Source: Eledone cirrhosa
Lineage: Eukaryota
Length of the DNA: 64,000 nucleotides
Assembly: GCA_964016885.1 (NCBI GenBank)
Contig: OZ024741.1
Coordinates: 123,814,001-123,878,000, forward strand
Reading direction: 5' to 3'
Shown: positions 1 through 13,304 of the stretch, one piece after another
How positions within the stretch are numbered: the first letter of the stretch is position 1
Layout: each line of letters begins with the position of its first letter
The notes under the pieces: model-generated
Databases searched by the model: none
The model's input: the letters and a program-made list of their open reading frames with translations, nothing else
Told to the model about the DNA's origin: nothing
Position numbers and translations under genes: made by a program

Positions 1-1253
1 CCGAAGTCCACATCCCCGTCCGGCCCCCCGCCCCCTCCAAACAGTCGAGCAAAGTGCCTTTGAAAGGCCTCACACATCCGCTCAGGTTCAGGGATCACCC
101 GTCGATCCTGGTCTCGCAAAGACCGAATGGTGGATTTAATCCCACTCTTGGCTTCTGTCACGCGGGCCTAGCTAACAGCTTTGGTTCCCTCGTTTCCTAA
201 AGCACGTATTTTACTTCGGTCAACGCAGCCTTCGTGCTTCGCGTCAAAGAACTGGCTCAACGCCGTTCTCGCCGCTAACACTCTGGCCACGTCTCCGCTC
301 CTAATCGCCTCTTCTAGTTTATCTGTTAACTCCCTTTCCTTCCTATTTCTATTCGCCGCTAGTTCCTTACTGTAACCTAGCGAACTTACTCTAATCTCTC
401 TCTTTAGAGATACCCACCACCTGCTGTTGACGATCGCTCCCGTCAACCGCATCTTAACTAAGCTACTAATCCGGTTCCTGTAATCTTTCTTTGCCGGCAA
501 GGACAAGTTCATCTTCCAGTAACCGGGACCCTGTCTATGCGTTCTATCAAGGTTGACCACGCAGGTCACTAATTTGTGATCTGAATAGCCAACCATGATC
601 AATTCTGGACAACTAAATACGTCCCTATCCTTACTCCTAACCCAAAACCTATCTAGGTACGATCTAGATTGTCCACTGCGGTTTGCCCAGGTCCAGGTTG
701 GCGCAGTTGGACAATCTAGTCGAAATCTATCGACCAGGTCGAATCGATCGAGTAACCCCTTGAGGTTGCTACACCCCCTCTATCGGGACATGCCCCTGCA
801 TAGTCCCAACGCGCATCTAGGATTCCATTCCAGTCCCCCACTAAAAGCAGGGAACGCGACGTTCCTAGAAAAGTCTCCAGACGCTGGAAGAAGTCGGCTC
901 TTTCAGCCCCGAAGGGGGCATAAAGACCGACCAGTCTGAAAGCCCCGCCTTCACCGCCTCCGACGTCCAGCACCAGTAATCGACCCCCCGGGTCCGAGTG
1001 AACAATCTGTACGTCGAGAGCCAGACGTTTATCCAGCAGTATGGCAACTCCCCCCCCCCCCCCCGCCTCCGGGTTGACAGAGAGATGCGTGCATCTCAAA
1101 GTCATCGAAGGCGGGAGCCAGCTGTCGCACGCTGCTGATCCGACTCTCGCAAACAACCATCACATCTATACTTCGTGACCTGAGGTCACTTAGAAGCTTT
1201 GCTTGCTTCCAAGCTGAGCCCAGGCCATGCGCGTTCAAACAGCCAACTCTCAA
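1..1253 (-). pseudogene. LINE ORF2 N-terminus, apurinic-like (APE) endonuclease, frameshifted
   Basis: Motifs RVGCLNAHGL, VCES, GGGVAILL, GRLLVLDV, LVGLYAP, VGDWNGILD, YSDHKLV and GPGYWKMNLS, spread across several frames. Confidence 0.85.
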
Positions 1254-1258
1254 TTGAT

Positions 1259-3113
1259 CTATTTTGGTGTTGAAAGTGAAGAAAGAAAAGCACCTACCTC
1301 TCCGGGTTGTGTAATTTCCATGGCATCAGGTGTGTTGGGTGGAGGGATGTTTTGTGGTGGTGTGGGGGTACCCGAGTGTGGTGGGGTTGGGGTATTTGGA
1401 GTTGTGTCAGGGAGAGGGGTGGTTATGGGGAAATCTTTCAAGAGGACGCGATTTAACGGTTTTAAACAGGGGGGGCTCACGTCCTGTCTAAATTGTTCTT
1501 TTAAGGAACGATAAAGGTCCAGAGGGACTTTTATCATTTTTAAATGGGTGAAGTTCTCTGTTGAGATAAAGTTTGGCCCTTCGGTCTGCACCAAAGGGCT
1601 ATTGTTTATTAATTTAAACAGTTTTTTGTTTTCTTTATTTATATATGTGTATTGCAACGTCTTTTTTTGTGATGCTGTCAATGTTTCGGAAAGGGGAGGC
1701 GCAGATTTAATTTTGTTTGTTGAGGGTGGGGTGTTTTTGATTGGAGTTGGTGTTTGTGTGTGGGTTATTTGTGGTGTGCTGGGTGTGTGCTTTCTTTTTT
1801 TACCTTTAACTTGTCTGAAGGCTTCTCCTCCTTCTTCTTCAGAAGTTGGGGGAAACTCTTCAGCGCTAGGTGGGAGGGACGTGGTGTCTGGTTGTTTTTT
1901 TTTGCGGGAGGGGTAGATTTGTTGCTGCTTTGTTTGTTATTTGTTTGGAATGCGTTTTGTGGTGGTGGTGGTGGTGGTGATGTTTGTGTCGTGCTTGTGG
2001 TTGGTGATGGTGGTGTTTGTGTTGTGGTTGGTGATGGTGGTGGTGATTTTTGTGTCGTGCTTGTGTTTGGTGCTGGTGGTGGTGATGTTTGTGTTGTGCT
2101 TGTGGTTGGTGGTGTCTGTATTTTGTTTGCTGTGTGTGGTATTAGTGTATTTTTGGAGGTGGATGGTGTTGGTGTACTGTTTGTGGTGGGTGTGGGCAAT
2201 AGTCCTTTTTGGGGGATACGTTTCGGGCAGTTAGCCTTAACGTGTCCCCTTTCCGTGCATAAATAGCATGCTGGTCTTCTCCCCTCTACAATTATATCTA
2301 TTGGGGTGAGGTCATCCAGCCAGAAGCGATCCGGGATATGTGCCACTCTTTCGGGCCTCATTTGGACTAGTAGGTCGAGGCCCATTCCCAGGAACGCATC
2401 TCCAGATGCGTTCCCCATTGACAGCACTGTGTCCTCGCCCATGTCTATGAAGCCAGCAATAGCCCACCAAAAGTACATTGTGGGCAGCATTGTTTGTACT
2501 TTGACTCTCTGTGTTCTTCTACCCATGTAGGAGGGATAGAAGCTGTATGTTGTTGATGAGAGTGGGCTTAGGGAAAGCTTCTGCGCCGTTTCCTTGTCTT
2601 TTGTTAAGACCGAAATGCTGCCATAGAGTCGGTCCTTTCGTATGAAGAGAATATTCTTCATATAGTCTTTTAGGACCAACTCTATCTCCATTTGGCTGGG
2701 CTGTGCTGGCTTTCTCGTTTGGTTTAATATTGTTCTGATGAGAACTGTGCTCTCTGTTCTCGCTTTCTTGAATTCGGGGGGGGGGGGGGGGGGGAGTTAA
2801 TGGAAAACATTCCGTTCTCCCCCAAGACTATGTGTTTTTTTGCTTCGGCCAGTTTTTCTCTGGCGGCAGTTAAGTCTATTGGTGTATATGTTATGGACTG
2901 TTTTGTTTTCTGGGCGAAAGTTGCCTTGTTGTTATTTGTGTTCTTATTTTCTGTTTCTTTGTTTTCCGTTTGCTCATTTTCCGTAACATTCGTTTTTTCA
3001 TTTTCCTTGTTTGTTTCGTTGTCTAGTTTTGTTGTATCACTTTCTTTTTGTTCTTCAGACTTGGGGGGCGTGGCAGAGCTAATGGCAGACATGTCTGCCA
3101 TCTTTTCCGCCAT
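1259..3113 (-). pseudogene. LINE ORF1 (gag-like nucleic-acid-binding protein), frameshifted
   Basis: ORF pieces 2724-3113, 1765-2691 and 1259-1681. CYLCTERGHVKANC matches CX2CX4HX4C, followed by a Pro/Thr-rich linker. Frame breaks lie near the G run at ~2776-2795 and the T run at ~1895-1903. Confidence 0.8.
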
Positions 3114-4339
3114 GCTGCCGAGAAAGAGATTTTACAGCAAAATAGATATTTATTTTACCCCCTAAAAAGGGGGTAAATGTAAAAATGTTTCCCTAAATAA
3201 CAGGGGTAGGTGTTTCAAATGTGTTGCACTGAAAAAATTCTCTGGTACTTACTACTATAGTAAGGGTAAATTCCGATGGAATAGCGGAGCCGATGTGAAG
3301 CGTGTCTTACTCTATCAAGATAGATATATAGATAGATAGATAACTAGAGAGATTTCGAAGCGTTTGTAAATGCACAATGAACACATATGCACATATATAT
3401 ATATATGTATATATATATATTCTCAGTCTAATAAACATATAACATACATATCAGACACATACATGTCAAGAATAGAAGTATGGTTATATCTTACTTTTTA
3501 GGGATTATGTCAAAGGAAAAATTGAAAACATTACCTATGTTTATGTGCATGTGTACATATGTGTAGGGGTATAGGCGTGTGTGAGTGTTCACATGCGCGT
3601 TTGTATGTGTAAGAGGTATGTATGAACGTATGAATATATTTTCATGCGTCTGTTATATGTGTCTGTTTGCTTGCACGAATTCGTCTTTGTATATGTGTCT
3701 TTGTGTGCGTGAATGGGTGTATTTGTATGTGTTGTTGTTATTGTCTGTGTATGTATATGTACCAAATTATATACATGAGAAGCAGTCAGACATTTTCCGA
3801 ACTAAAGCTAAATATTAATTACTCTAGTACTCAATATTAAGTACTCTAGTACTCTAGTACTAATTAAGAAATTTTATAAAAATCGTTTGTATTCGGCTAT
3901 CAAGTCTTGAGAATGTTAAAACAGATTCCTGCGGGTCTTTCGAATTCCATGGGGATCTAGAAAGTAAGCTTTTTGAAAGCCATCCATATTTCCTGATTTT
4001 GTGGTTGAATTTTGTCTACACATCATTTTGGCTTGGTATCGAAATTAACATAATAGTAATTATGCATGTATATATGTAAAGTATGTATTCATACATACAA
4101 ATATATATCTAAGCCTGCCTGTTTGCGTTTCTTTTATTGGTTTAAAAAATTAGAAAACTTTCAAGCTGGGAAATTGCTTTGGTTTCTTGATACCAGTACG
4201 TATTAGCTTTTAACCCTGTTACATAATTTACGGACCCACCTCTATTTGACACGCAAAGATACGAAACAAACACTGGCATACATATAAGTGCAAACAAATA
4301 GGGTCAAATGGATACACCAACAGACGTACAAACATACAA

Positions 4340-4502
4340 ACATACATACATGCGTGCATACATATATATATATATATTTACATACACAATCATACATACA
4401 TACACATGTGCATACACACATATATACAAACACATACACACACATATATACGTACACATACATACATACATACATACATACATACATACATACATACATA
4501 CA

Positions 4503-4536
<34 letters not shown>

Positions 4537-4545
4537 CATACACCT
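4340..4545. repeat. (TACA)n microsatellite
   Basis: Visible tetranucleotide run. Confidence 0.95.
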
Positions 4546-4835
4546 ACATCTGCAAGTTCTGCCTACGGAATTCAAATCAAGACAGTGCTCCACATGAGGC
4601 TATAGTGGACAACACTTAGCAAAGCAAACTCTTTAACCACATATCAATGCGTTCATCAATGAAGATACATATATGTATATATGGACCTTTTTTTTCTCCT
4701 TTATAAACCTGTCTATAATTTGTAATCCTGAAGAAGCGCTCTAGCCCGACACGTCGAAGTGTCTTTCCTCTTTCCAATATATAAGCGTGAAACTAATAAG
4801 AATTTTCGTACCTCTATTGTGTCCTTGAACTATAT

Positions 4836-5908
4836 ATAAACGGAATAACGAAACCAAATTTCATTTTTCAATCTTAGTACGGCTGTTAATTAAATATAAG
4901 TATGTATACGTACATACATATATGTATACAGACGTACAGTAGTATGTATATATATATATACATACATGCACACATATATATATATGTACGTATGGATTCA
5001 CCGAACATTTATTATAATGGTCGGTGTGTTTGTAAACAAACATCGCGAATTAAGCCGTACAGTGTCTAGCAACCATCGTTCCTCATTTGTTCAACACTGA
5101 CACAGGAAGGCTGTACTAGTTTCAAGCTTATTAGCTATCGTCAGCAACGTATACCCTCCTGCCAGATGGTTGAACGTCTAAAAGTATATACTCTCCTTAT
5201 GCATATTAACGGATGTGCAGGAAGGTATACGTTGCTCACAATAGCTAATAAGCTTGAAACTAGTACAGCGTTCCAGTGTCAGTTTTGAACAAATGAGCAA
5301 CGATCGTTGCGAGACACTGTACGGCTTAATTCGGGATGTTTATTTACAAACACACCGAGCATTATAATAAATGTTCGGTGAATCCATACGTACATATATA
5401 TATGTGTGCATGTATGTATATATATATACATACTACTGTACGTCTGTATGTACGTATACATACTTATATTTAAGTAACAGCCGTAGTAGGAGTGAGAAAT
5501 GAAATTTCGTTTCATTTATTCCGTTTATCGTTTTCAGTACCCCGGCCGATTAACTCACTCGATATGCAAATTAGGCTGCTCAGCCGTTACTATGCATAAG
5601 GAAAGTATATACTTTCAGACGTTCAACCATCTGGCAGGAAGGTATACGTTGCTGACGATAGCTAATAAGGTTGAAACTAGTACATCGTTCCTGTGTCAGT
5701 GTTGAACAAAAAGTTGACGTTGTTGCCTAAACACTGTACAGCGTAATTCGGGCTGTTTGTTTGTTTACAAAAGAACAAACCGAGCATTACAATAAATGTT
5801 CGGTAAACCGATACGTGCATATATATATGTGTGCATGTATGTATATATATACCTACTACTGTACGTCTGTATACATATATGTATGTACGTATACATACAT
5901 ACTTATAT
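4836..5908. mobile_element. Hammerhead-containing ~418-bp repeat (retrozyme-like): ~0.9 unit on minus joined to ~1.6 units on plus
   Basis: 4836-~5160 is an imperfect inverted repeat of ~5217-5528. GCAGGAAGGTATAC recurs at ~5217 and ~5635. Both ends lie in TA-rich tracts. Confidence 0.8.
5637..5692 (+). ncRNA. Type I hammerhead ribozyme (418-bp family); further copies at ~5105-5160 (-) and ~5220-5275 (+, degenerate core)
   Basis: CGTTG-CTGACGA-TAGCTAATAAG(G/C)TT-GAAAC-TA-GTA-CA(G/T)CG gives the core, stem II AGC/GCT, palindromic stem III ACTAGT and stem I CGTTG/CAGCG. Confidence 0.75.
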
Positions 5909-5912
5909 ATAA

Positions 5913-5949
<37 letters not shown>

Positions 5950-6363
5950 TATATATATATATGCAATGTGTTAAATACTAATGTTTTATTAACAAAGATG
6001 AACGCAGAAACGAGAGCATTGGAATGCCATTCATGAAAGACTGCAACTTCAAGCCATTTAGTAAAGTATAAGGATACATGACTGCTCTTCCACCCATATG
6101 TACGCCAAAACATTCGTAGACACGTACGCACAAATACACACGCATATATAAGTGTGATATTCACTGTATGTGCGGGTTGATATGTGAGTGTGGATGTATG
6201 TCTCTTATCGTAAGTGCGTTTGTGAGTGTCTATGATCATATGTTTAAGCGTGAGTATACATGTTTATGTCTGACTGTGAGTATATGAGGGAGTGAGAACA
6301 AAGTTTCATGTTAAAAATGTAAATCTAAAATACATACGTATGCACCCGCGCACACATATAAGC

Positions 6364-6401
<38 letters not shown>

Positions 6402-6944
6402 GGTTTCCTAATTCGTTGATCAGCTTGGAGCTGTTAACGGTAGATCAGATTAAAAGGCGCCTGACACACAACATGCCAAGGGATTAGCATCTTCAATAGA
6501 TTATTAGTTGTTGCTTCAAAGCCATTTTTTCTATTCAATAATATTCGCAAATATAAATTGGTACATGCTCTAGATATTGTGCTATTCATGTTTAATGCTT
6601 GAGTCTGGCACGTTAGACACGCTCTAAAGACTAATAATTATATGATAGAAACTAAGCAATACGTCAGTTGTAGCCTGACTACGACAGGTGTCCTTATTTG
6701 AGCCGGTTTTTTGTTTCTTGACAGAAAGTGTTAGAATACGATTTTGAAGGATGTGTTCTACTTAGTAAACACATATCTGTGATGAGGTTGCTGCTGTACT
6801 CAGTCCTCGAATTCAGGAATCGATTTCTCGTAAGACAGTGAAACAATCCTATCGGCGTTTCTACTCCTTCCACCGCAACACAAGAGCTACTCAGGGCCAC
6901 CCAATATGAAAAATATATGGAAGGCACTCCGTTGTTTTTTATGA

Positions 6945-7085
6945 CGAGTGTTCCTGTTGATCCGATCAACAGAACAACATGCTCGTGAAATTAATGTGAA
7001 AGTGGCTGAGTATTCCATTCCACAAACACGTGTACCTTTAACGTTCTACCTGTAATTCAAAGGACCAGCCTTGTCACTTTGGAAC
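6945..7085. mobile_element. SINE fragment resembling cephalopod SINE sequence
   Basis: GCTCGTGAAATTAATGTGAAAGTGGCTGAG...ACACGTGTACCTTTAACGT resembles a common octopus repeat. Recognised from memory, not searched. Confidence 0.45.
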
Positions 7086-7091
7086 TCCCTG

Positions 7092-7249
<158 letters not shown>

Positions 7250-7585
7250 TACATATAGATATAGATAGATAGATACATATAGATATAGATATAGATATAG
7301 ATATATAGATAAAAATAAATATACACGGGTGTGTATGATTGTGTATAGAAGATTATATTAATAAAAGGGATACCAACTTTGTCTGATTTACTCGTTTATT
7401 TACGATCCTTTAAAATTGTAATGATATTATAATGAAATAGTATGGTAGAATATTAAATGTTAAGTGTTAATTTAACAAGTACTTTCATGCTTTCGCAATT
7501 TTCAGGTTCATATTCTCTGGTGACAGTCAAGTTTGCAATTTTCAATTCTGTAAATCAACAAGTAAATCAGACAACGTTGTAATTC

Positions 7586-7652
<67 letters not shown>

Positions 7653-7794
7653 TTTTCCATTGTGTTGTAATATGAATATTACACACAGTAGATGGACAGC
7701 TCACGTAGAGTTTGCTTGACGGTTCCAGTTGTAGTTTCAAAAGTAATCCGGAGAAAATAGAAGGATTTAACTGGATACAGTTCAGTTAAAAGGA

Positions 7795-7920
7795 ATTTAT
7801 TGTCACGTGTTTCAATAACAGTTACATAACCTGAAAACAGCTGCCACCTACAAAGTATTAATTATGCAGACACTCAATATTTCAATGTTATTATCAACTA
7901 TCATTTCATCAGAATAATTT
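7795..7920 (-). ncRNA. Hammerhead ribozyme with long stem II, cleavage triplet mutated
   Basis: Reverse complement reads TTATT-CTGATGA-AATGATAGTT...AACTGTTATT-GAAAC-ACGT-GAC-AATAA. Confidence 0.55.
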
Positions 7921-7930
7921 TATTGAGAAC

Positions 7931-8049
<119 letters not shown>

Positions 8050-8903
8050 GGGGGAGAGAGAGGGAGGGAGAGAGAGACATATGGTTGGTTAAAAAACTTT
8101 AGACATATCTGAAATTTAGTGGTCTCAACATGTTTGTGGTCCCTGAAAACTACGTTTAGCATTCATGTATATCTGCTCAACCATTTGCAGGTCAATTTCC
8201 CGAGGATTTTGTTCCGTTGTTCGAACAGATTGGTCAGGCATTGTCACAAGCCACAAAGTTTTACTACACACAGACACACATAGTAATACACATCGATATT
8301 ATGTAAGTTCTTTTTAAAGCTGACCGATAGTGTATATTTGCATTCGTCATTTATGTTTGTTTGCCTTTCTACCTTACGGGGATCGATAAAATAAAGTACA
8401 AGTCATGCACTGGGGTCGATTTAATCGACTTTCCCCTCCCTCAAAATTGCTGGCCTTGTGCATATATAAGAAACCATTATTTATAGTTATTTACTTATAT
8501 ATATATATATATATATTGTGATTGTCTTATATCTCTCTCTCTCACTCCTCCCCTTTCTCTCTCTCTCTCCCTCCTCCCCTTTCTCTCTCTATATATATAT
8601 GTATTTATATATATGTATATATATTTTCTTTCTATCCTACGTTATTTTTAATTATGCTTGTCTCTCTTCTGTCTCTGATCATTTTCTATATTTTTTCTTC
8701 TCTTTATATATATATTTTTTCTCTGTAATCATTTCTCCTTTTTCCTCTTTTTTCTATTTCTCTTTTTCTTTTTCCTTTTTTTTCTTTTTCCTTTCCTTTC
8801 TTTCCTCTTCTTCCTTCTTTTCCTTCTATATGTTTATTATTAATATTATTATTGATGATGTAATTTAAATTTGTAAATTTGCCGATTACATATATTTGCA
8901 ATT

Positions 8904-9017
8904 AACAGTTTCTGAGGATCTGATCGAGCTAACATTGTATTTAAAATTGAGTGGCAATGCTTCTAGTGTTCAGCAATTTTTAGACATCTTTATCAGTGAA
9001 ACAATTGTTACACTGTA
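8904..9017 (+). ncRNA. Hammerhead ribozyme with expanded stem II (PLE pLTR remnant)
   Basis: ACAGTTT-CTGAGGA-TCTGAT...ATCAGT-GAAAC-AATT-GTT-ACACTGT, with palindromic stem III ACAATTGT. Confidence 0.6.
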
Positions 9018-9232
9018 AATAAATCCTCTTTGTACTGTTGACCATGTTATTCTCCACTTTTTCAATTTATTACTCCAAGATAAACTTACATAGGAATACA
9101 AGTGAAATCATAAATTTGTCATCTACATAAACCTCTTGTTGAGTTAAACAACGCCGTACGCTAAAACTATCCATAATAAGAAGTATCCACAACCTCTAAC
9201 TGGATTACCTACAACAATATTTTGTTATCCTT

Positions 9233-9329
<97 letters not shown>

Positions 9330-9736
9330 AGTAATGGAAAAAGATGAGTATTGACGTACATGTACGTCAATACTCATCTTTTTCCATTTCTCCGAGGGTT
9401 CTTAACCCCAACTATCAGGCAAAATGATTTCTTTAATTTCTTTAGTCAAAATACGGCGACAGCTTACATTTCTAATAATTTCAAACCCACTCGCTGTTTC
9501 GAAAATATTCTTACTTGATATATATATATATGTATATATGCTAAATGATTTCTATAATTTCTTTAGTCAAAATACGGCGATATACCTACATACTTTGCTC
9601 CTATTTTCATGGGGATATTCTTATTTTTATATTGTATGTGTATATATATTTATATATATATACATATATGTGTATAACTTTATAACTCCATATATAAATA
9701 GTTGAGCTCTTTTTCTTGTCCATTATCCATATCACA

Positions 9737-12171
9737 ATGGAAAAACAATACTTGGGAACTTCTTTAAAGAATATACCATTACCTTCTAAGGATGATTTCT
9801 GACTTCTTATGATACAAAAAACCAACCAATTTATCAGAAGAGTCAGATGGAGGGCCTACCACTTCGATAAAAAAACAAAATATACTGATAGGAAATATTT
9901 GTATGATTTCACTACATATACAAATCCACCACACAACTCCTTACTTGAAAACTTTGAGAAAGACCTTTTTAATTTAATCAAACACCTCAAATTTAAGAGG
10001 TATACATCTAATTTTCAAAAGGATCTTCATTCTACCCTATTGAACGTAAAAAAATAAAAAAAAATCCATATCCACTCGGACAAAACTGGAAATCTTTATC
10101 ACATGGATATTGAAAATTACAATGTGTTCATATATAAAGAACTCAGAAAAAAATTATAGAAAAACAAACAATGAGTCACTTACCAACATCAACAACAAAA
10201 CACACAGCATAGTGAATAGACTTAATATTGAAGATAGAACTGAACCTTCGGCATTGAAAAGACCACACTTCAACCTGAAAGATCATAAATCTATCTTTAA
10301 CTCTAATCCTTCTATAAGGCTTATATGCCCTTCCAAATCTGATATTGGAATAATTAGTAAAAATATGTTAGATAGAGTCATCCTACAACTAAGAAAATAT
10401 GTTAATTTACCACTCTGGGAAAACACATCCCCGGGTAATTAACTGGTTTAATAATATTAGAAATAAATCCTCTGCTTCATTTCTACAATTTGATATAGAT
10501 AATTATTATTCTTCTATATCACCTATACACCTGAACAAAGCCTTGATATTTGCTAAAAATAGATCTAACTTAACTTTGGATGACATTAATATTATTACAC
10601 ATGCTAGACTAACACTATTGGAATTTCAGAATGAACCAGAAACACATATATTCGATATTACTATGGGCTCAAGCGATTCTGCCCAAATTACTGATCCTCT
10701 TTCTTCTGTTTTACATAAATGCTTCCTTTCCCCACCTTAAAGGTGGTTTATATCGTGACGACTGTCTTCTTCTTTCCAATAACCTTAGCCTCTCAGAGAT
10801 AGAAAAAAATAAAAAGCTTATTAGAACTTTCCTTAAAGACTATTATAGTCTAGATATTACATTTGAAAACACAAGTAAAGTAGTTAATTTCCTAGATATA
10901 ACATTAGACTTATCTACGGGTATCTACCAACCTTACCATAAACCCAACCAAAATTTACACTACATACACTCACAATCTAATCACCCTAAATCTATCCTTA
11001 AAAACCTTGCATATAATATATCACTTAGAATTTCTAACCTTTCGTCTAACCAAGTTGTATTTGATAAAAATGCGACCTTTTATAATGAAGCTCTAGCTAG
11101 AAGTGGCCACAAAAATAGATTAGTGTATATACCTTCTACCAATAACACTACAAACATACAACCTAATATTACCAACAAACACCAAATGAAACATACACAC
11201 CTAAATGCCACTCACAATATACTGCAAAACACCAACAGAAAACCAAATTTCTCTAACTCTTCTAATATACAGTATAGTAACTCTCAAAAAACTACTCATC
11301 CTACAACTCTAATAAATGTTAATAATAAAACTCCTAATAAACAAGCTAAAAGACCTAAATCAATAAATCTAACTAAAAATGTGTGTGGTGAGGTCATTAA
11401 CAATAATTCTCTTAATAAACATCAGGATGCATCCTATAAAAACAATAAACAACATCGAAACCGTAATAGACGAGTTACTTGGTATAATGCTCCATTTAAT
11501 TTACAAATTAAGGATAATATAGCTAAAAAATTCTTTAATATCCTAGAGAAAAACTTCCCGCCAAACCACAAATACCATCAAATCTTAAATAGATCAACGG
11601 TTAAATTCTCCTACTCAACAACCAAAAACATAAAACAAAATATAAGTGCCTATAATGCATATAAATGTAAAAAAAAACCATGAGTATACCACCAGTACAT
11701 CAAACTAACCATAATATCTCCTCAGATACAGGATTCACGAAAAGTTGTAACTGTAGAAACAAGGCAAACTGTCCATTAAAAGGAAATTGCCTTGTTAATA
11801 ACATAGTATATAAATGTAAAGTTAACACTAAGGACTCAATTTATTCATATATAGGAGCTACCTCTAACAAATTTAAGGTAATATTTAATACCCACAAACA
11901 TAGTTTTAAAAATGCCGCACTAGCTAATACAACATCTCTAGCTGAAATAATTAATAGTTTTAGAAAGCGGAATATAGATTATGACCTGACCTGGAGTGTG
12001 CTCAAAAGGGCCACCCCTTATCAAAATAGTAGATATGAATGTAGATTATGTTCCCTGGAACTTTTTGAAATAATGAAATCTAAGGATATCCTATTAAATA
12101 AGCGACAGGAATTAATAATATCGTGTAATCATAAACTGAGAAAAACCTTTAAATATTATAAACCTAATTAA
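9737..12171 (+). pseudogene. PLE reverse transcriptase + C-terminal GIY-YIG endonuclease, with stops and frameshifts
   Basis: SLKNIPLPS...FIRRVRWRA; LKDHK; SIRLICPSKSDIG; QFDIDNYYSSI; FDITMGS; GGLYRDD; VNFLDITLDL; linker CNCRNKANCPLKGNC (CxCx5C); IVYKC...YIGAT; CRLC. Confidence 0.9.
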
Positions 12172-12497
12172 TATACACTTTAGAAATTAATATATACAAT
12201 ATTTTTAATTTAGTTAACCTATAATTAATATTCTACTACTGATGAACTACATAACTTTGCTTTCCTTCTTACATCTATCATTTCCTAAAACTGATACCAT
12301 TAAGTAAACATATATAATGCTTTAACTTCAGGTTATGACTCTATGTTCCTTGAAATCTATATATATGTATTATTTCTCACTAATAAATTTAATTCCCCCC
12401 CCCCCAATAATTATATGTATATGTAAGTGTGTATGTGTGTATATATGTATATGTATGTATGTATATATGCATGTATATGTATATATATGTATATATA

Positions 12498-12568
<71 letters not shown>

Positions 12569-13165
12569 ATATGTGTGTGTGTATGTGTATATATATGTAT
12601 ATATGTATATATATAAGTATAATTTTATCAATATAGATATACCCATCAATTAAATTAATTTATATTCTTTTCATAGATGTATTTTTTTCACTAACATTCT
12701 TATCGTAAAACTTTAGTCACCTTAGATATTTGTATTGGCATTACTATTTTATAACAGCAACTGCTTGTATACCTTTTACTGACCACCTGCCCTATTTTCA
12801 CCCCTAAAATAAGCTTCAATTGCTACTATTTTACCATTTGGCCAATTATTAACTTTCTATTGGTTAAATCTAAACCTCTTACCAAACAGACAGAATATAT
12901 TAGATCTTTGTTGGTTTTATTCAATGAACAAATATAATTATTTCTGAGGTCAGCATAAGACCTATTTCTTCCCTAAAATAATCCTTCATTCATAATATTC
13001 TTTTCCATCCAAAACTGAAATCTACCTTCCTCTACCCATAATTTAAGGTTCTTCTACTACTATATTACTATCTTGACCCTCACTATCTCTCTATTGGTCA
13101 ATTGAAAACCTGTTCCCAAACAGACATATTGTATTGAATCTTTGTTTTTTTCAATAAACAAATAT

Positions 13166-13304
13166 CATTATTTCTGAAGACAGCATATATATGTGTAGGT
13201 ATGTATATTCCCTCTGATAGTTTGTATAAATATTGTACATAGATCTATAGTATATGCATACCAACTCTAACACATATATATCCTAGAAACGATCGTAAAA
13301 TGAT
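13166..13304 (+). ncRNA. PLE pLTR hammerhead with ~105-nt insertion in stem II
   Basis: ATTATTT-CTGAAGA-[long]-GAAAC-GATC-GTA-AAATGAT: 7-bp stem I and palindrome ACGATCGT. Homologous copies at ~23250-23385 (-) and ~43490-43630 (+). Confidence 0.65.

Larger units (their letters stand above)
1..3312 (-). mobile_element. Tx1/L1-clade non-LTR retrotransposon, 5' half (5'UTR, ORF1, start of ORF2), running off the left edge
   Basis: Minus-strand ORF1 fragments with a CCHC knuckle are directly followed by APE endonuclease motifs. The 5' end abuts a (TAGA)n-like tract at ~3313-3342. Confidence 0.85.

Noticed and set aside
9800-9802. In-frame TGA in the PLE ORF as selenocysteine
   Set aside because: Not at an evident Cys position, and the ORF has other stops and frameshifts, so ordinary decay is more likely.
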